From an uncultured Clostridia bacterium (GTDB lineage: Bacteria; Bacillota; Clostridia; Oscillospirales; Oscillospiraceae), in NCBI GenBank assembly GCA_946629065.1, contig CAMOXK010000001.1:19054-83053 (forward strand): DNA of 64,000 nucleotides. Direction: 5' to 3'. Made by a program: the position numbers and the translations under genes. The notes beneath the pieces were generated by a model. It worked only from the letters and a program-made list of their open reading frames with translations. It ran no database searches and was not told the origin of the DNA. The stretch's first letter is position 1; every line of letters begins with the position of its first letter. Below are positions 61,873 through 64,000 of this stretch, in pieces.

Positions 61873-62589
61873 TCAGATCTGACTGAATACATCTCCGATG
61901 TTGGCATGGATCACAAGATCCGCATAGCTGTCATATGGGGTCGCGCTGCGATTAACCAGGACAAGCTTATTGCCGCGATAGTAGTTGATAAGGCCCGCAG
62001 CGGGATATACGTTCAGGGAGGTACCGCCCACGATCATGATATCGGCATGGCGGATATAGTGAACTGCCTCGGACAGAACGTCCTGGTCCAAAGGCTCCTC
62101 ATACAGTACAATATCAGGCCGAATGACGCCGCCGCAGCTGCAGCGGGGCACGCCCTCGCCGTGGTTCATCTCCTCCGCAGAGAAGGGCTTGCGGCAGCGG
62201 GAACAGTAGGCGCGCAGGATGCTGCCGTGGAGCTCCAGCACTTTTTTGCTGCCGGCGGCCTGGTGGAGTCCGTCTATATTCTGCGTAATGACGGCGCGAA
62301 GCTTCCCCTCCTGCTCCAGCTTGGCAAGACGCTTATGGGCGCGGTTGGGCTGGACCCCATCAATGACGAGCTTTGCCCGATGAAAGCGATAGTATTCCTC
62401 GGGATAACGCTCAAAAAAGCTGTGGCTCAAAATGGTCTCGGGCGGATATTTCCATTTCTGGTTATAGAGCCCGTCCACACTGCGAAAATCCGGGATGCCG
62501 CTTTCCGTGCTGACGCCGGCTCCACCGAAGAACACGATGTTGTCGCTCTCTTCGATCCAGTCTTTCAACTGTCTGATCTCATCTTCCAT
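61873..62589 (-). CDS. cobB: NAD-dependent protein deacylase (Sir2 family)
   Basis: GAGVSTESGIPDFRS, QNIDGLH and zinc site CSRC...CSCGG. Confidence 0.92.
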   Translation of the reverse strand: MEDEIRQLKDWIEESDNIVFFGGAGVSTESGIPDFRSVDGLYNQKWKYPPETILSHSFFERYPEEYYRFHRAKLVIDGVQPNRAHKRLAKLEQEGKLRAVITQNIDGLHQAAGSKKVLELHGSILRAYCSRCRKPFSAEEMNHGEGVPRCSCGGVIRPDIVLYEEPLDQDVLSEAVHYIRHADIMIVGGTSLNVYPAAGLINYYRGNKLVLVNRSATPYDSYADLVIHANIGDVFSQI

Positions 62590-62679
62590 AACGGGTCCCG
62601 TCCTTTCCGCAACTTTTCAAGATATTATACACCGCAGTCCGGAAATAAGCAAGTTAACAGGCTATGAAGAATTCATAAG

Positions 62680-62708
62680 AAAAAGCCGCCCGGGAGGGCG
62701 GCTTTTTG
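62680..62708. terminator. Bidirectional terminator after the cyclodeaminase-family gene
   Basis: Stem agccgccc ggga gggcggct flanked by A- and T-runs. Confidence 0.8.
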
Positions 62709-62719
62709 CATTTCTCGGA

Positions 62720-63325
62720 TCAGGCTTCCAGCTTATCGATAACGCGCTTGTAAAGCGGGTCGATCTCCTGCAGCTGCAGCTCATTCTCCCGGCGGATCAC
62801 ATAGCGCCGGGTGTCCTCGGTGCTGAGATCGCCCCAGTAGATGCAGACCCGCATGCAGGCACGGATCGCGGCATAAGCCAGGTCCGCGCTCTCTGCGGCG
62901 AAGTGTCTGGCGTCTGAAGGACATAGGGCAGCCAGCTCCTCCAGAAGTTCCAGTTCCTTTTCCATCATGCAGACAATCTCGCTGCAGACAGCGCCTGCGG
63001 TCTGAGTGGCAGCCTCGATCTTGCGGGGATCTCCCTCCTTCAGTGCCCGGCGATAGGGGCCGCGGGCCTTCACATCCTCGTCGATGAGATTGACCATATA
63101 GGTACGGAGAATCTCGGCGTTGCGGACGATGTATTCCACCCGCTCGTTCTCGGGGAGTTCTTCCTTCGTAAGCTTCGCTACCCGTTCCAGAAGCGCGGCT
63201 GAGACAGCCGCAGTCATGGCAGCGCCGCTGCCGGTCTGGGCTCTGCTTTCCGGATCGGCCAACGCCTTGGTAAAGTCCTCCGCATCCTTTTTGCGGAATA
63301 TTTCGATCTTAATGGATTCAGCCAT
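62720..63325 (-). CDS. Cyclodeaminase/cyclohydrolase family protein (FtcD C-terminal domain-like)
   Basis: 201-aa all-helical protein with the TGSGAAMTAAVSAALL motif typical of this family. Confidence 0.8.
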   Translation of the reverse strand: MAESIKIEIFRKKDAEDFTKALADPESRAQTGSGAAMTAAVSAALLERVAKLTKEELPENERVEYIVRNAEILRTYMVNLIDEDVKARGPYRRALKEGDPRKIEAATQTAGAVCSEIVCMMEKELELLEELAALCPSDARHFAAESADLAYAAIRACMRVCIYWGDLSTEDTRRYVIRRENELQLQEIDPLYKRVIDKLEA

Positions 63326-63340
63326 GTGGATTCCCCTTTC

Positions 63341-64000
63341 TCAGTCGCGGTTAAACTCTCTCAGCCGCAGGCCCTCGTTTTTCTGCAGGGCCCAGTTGAT
63401 GCACCAGGAAGAGGTGAACAGCAGCAGATTGTTGCCCTTAAAGTCCTGCACCCATTTGGTATCGCTGGTGAGATTCAGCTTGTGGATGTCAAAATCCTCG
63501 TTCTCCACCCAGCGGACCAACTCATAGGGCAGGCTGCGGCGGCGGATGTCTACGCCGTATTCGCTCTTGAGACGATACTCCAGAACCTCAAACTGAAGCA
63601 CGCCGACAACGCCGACGATCACTTCCTCCACGCCGGTATAGGGCTCGTGGAAGATCTGGATGGCGCCCTCCTGGGCGATCTGCTGGATGCCTTTTTCAAA
63701 CTGCTTGCGCTTCATGGTGTCGACACGCTCCACGGAAGCAAAATGCTCCGGCGCAAAGGTGGGGATGCCCTCAAAGCACAGGCTCTGTCCCTTCTCGCAG
63801 ATAGTGTCACCGATGGAGAAGATGCCCGGATCAAACACGCCGATGATATCCCCGGCGTAAGCCTCGTCGATGATGGCGCGGTCCTGGGCCATGAGCTGCT
63901 GGGGCTGGGCCAGGCGCAGGGGCTTGCCGCCCTGCACGTGGAAATACTCCTTATCCCGCTCGAACTTGCCCGAGCAAATACGCATGAAGGCGATACGGTC
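63341..64000 (-). CDS. prfC: Peptide chain release factor 3, C-terminal part (5' end outside window)
   Basis: FKLRICSGKFE.., DTI.. and HEPYTG-like segments of RF3 domains II-IV. The frame is open to the window edge. Confidence 0.9.
   Translation of the reverse strand, partial: DRIAFMRICSGKFERDKEYFHVQGGKPLRLAQPQQLMAQDRAIIDEAYAGDIIGVFDPGIFSIGDTICEKGQSLCFEGIPTFAPEHFASVERVDTMKRKQFEKGIQQIAQEGAIQIFHEPYTGVEEVIVGVVGVLQFEVLEYRLKSEYGVDIRRRSLPYELVRWVENEDFDIHKLNLTSDTKWVQDFKGNNLLLFTSSWCINWALQKNEGLRLREFNRD

Noticed and set aside
59480-62667. ORFs 59480..60820 (+, 446 aa) and 61114..62667 (+, 517 aa)
   Set aside because: They lie antisense to mltG and to tmk plus cobB respectively, and the second spans an intergenic terminator. 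They are not credible coding regions.
1-64000. CRISPR arrays, defence islands, prophage or IS elements
   Set aside because: There are no regularly spaced direct repeats, and no cas, restriction-modification, toxin-antitoxin, transposase, capsid or terminase-like products among the ORFs. The only mobile-DNA-like signals are the 171-bp repeat and the lone tyrosine recombinase.

Overview
This is a 64-kb chromosomal core segment from a fairly GC-rich (by eye about 55-60%), spore-forming member of the Clostridia. Gene content and order look Oscillospiraceae/Ruminococcaceae-like, but that taxon call is inference. There are about 60 protein genes, most on the minus strand, and nearly all are housekeeping. 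They cover glycolysis (PPi-type pfk, class II fba), recombination and repair (radA, ruvC-ruvA-ruvB, priA), and sporulation (CwlD-like amidase, spoIVA, sigH, a SipL/SpoVID-like LysM protein). The conserved block yicC-remA-gmk-rpoZ-priA-def-fmt-rsmB-rlmN-stp-prkC-rsgA is present. Also present are cdaA-cdaR, ispD-ispF, mreB, comFC, dnaX-ybaB, rnmV, holA, comEC, a HIT protein, alaS behind a T-box leader, mltG, tmk, cobB and the start of prfC. The ORF track misses two RNA genes: a long SRP RNA upstream of dnaX and a tRNA-Arg(CCU) with its own promoter and terminator. I found no CRISPR array, no recognisable defence system, no prophage and no IS transposase, and I cannot point to a clear-cut new multi-gene system. 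The observations most worth a second look are these. (1) A 171-bp hairpin-forming MITE-like repeat sits inside the ruvA-ruvB operon, with a second copy 2.7 kb away. (2) A P-type-ATPase-like protein has lost every catalytic motif and its actuator domain. (3) A lower-GC islet carries a lone tyrosine recombinase behind 0.6 kb of AT-rich non-coding DNA. (4) A 902-aa multi-Fe-S flavoprotein is translationally coupled to an orphan HypA. (5) An untracked 44-aa Cys-Gly-repeat membrane micro-protein has a sigma-K-like promoter. (6) A radical SAM/SPASM gene follows dnaX-ybaB. (7) A U32 peptidase is ATGA-coupled to a small Cys-rich protein. (8) Two terminators carry the Shine-Dalgarno (SD) sequence and promoter elements of the next gene. 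Many long ORFs in the track are antisense shadows of real genes and were rejected. All coordinates and start-codon corrections were derived by hand from the sequence.
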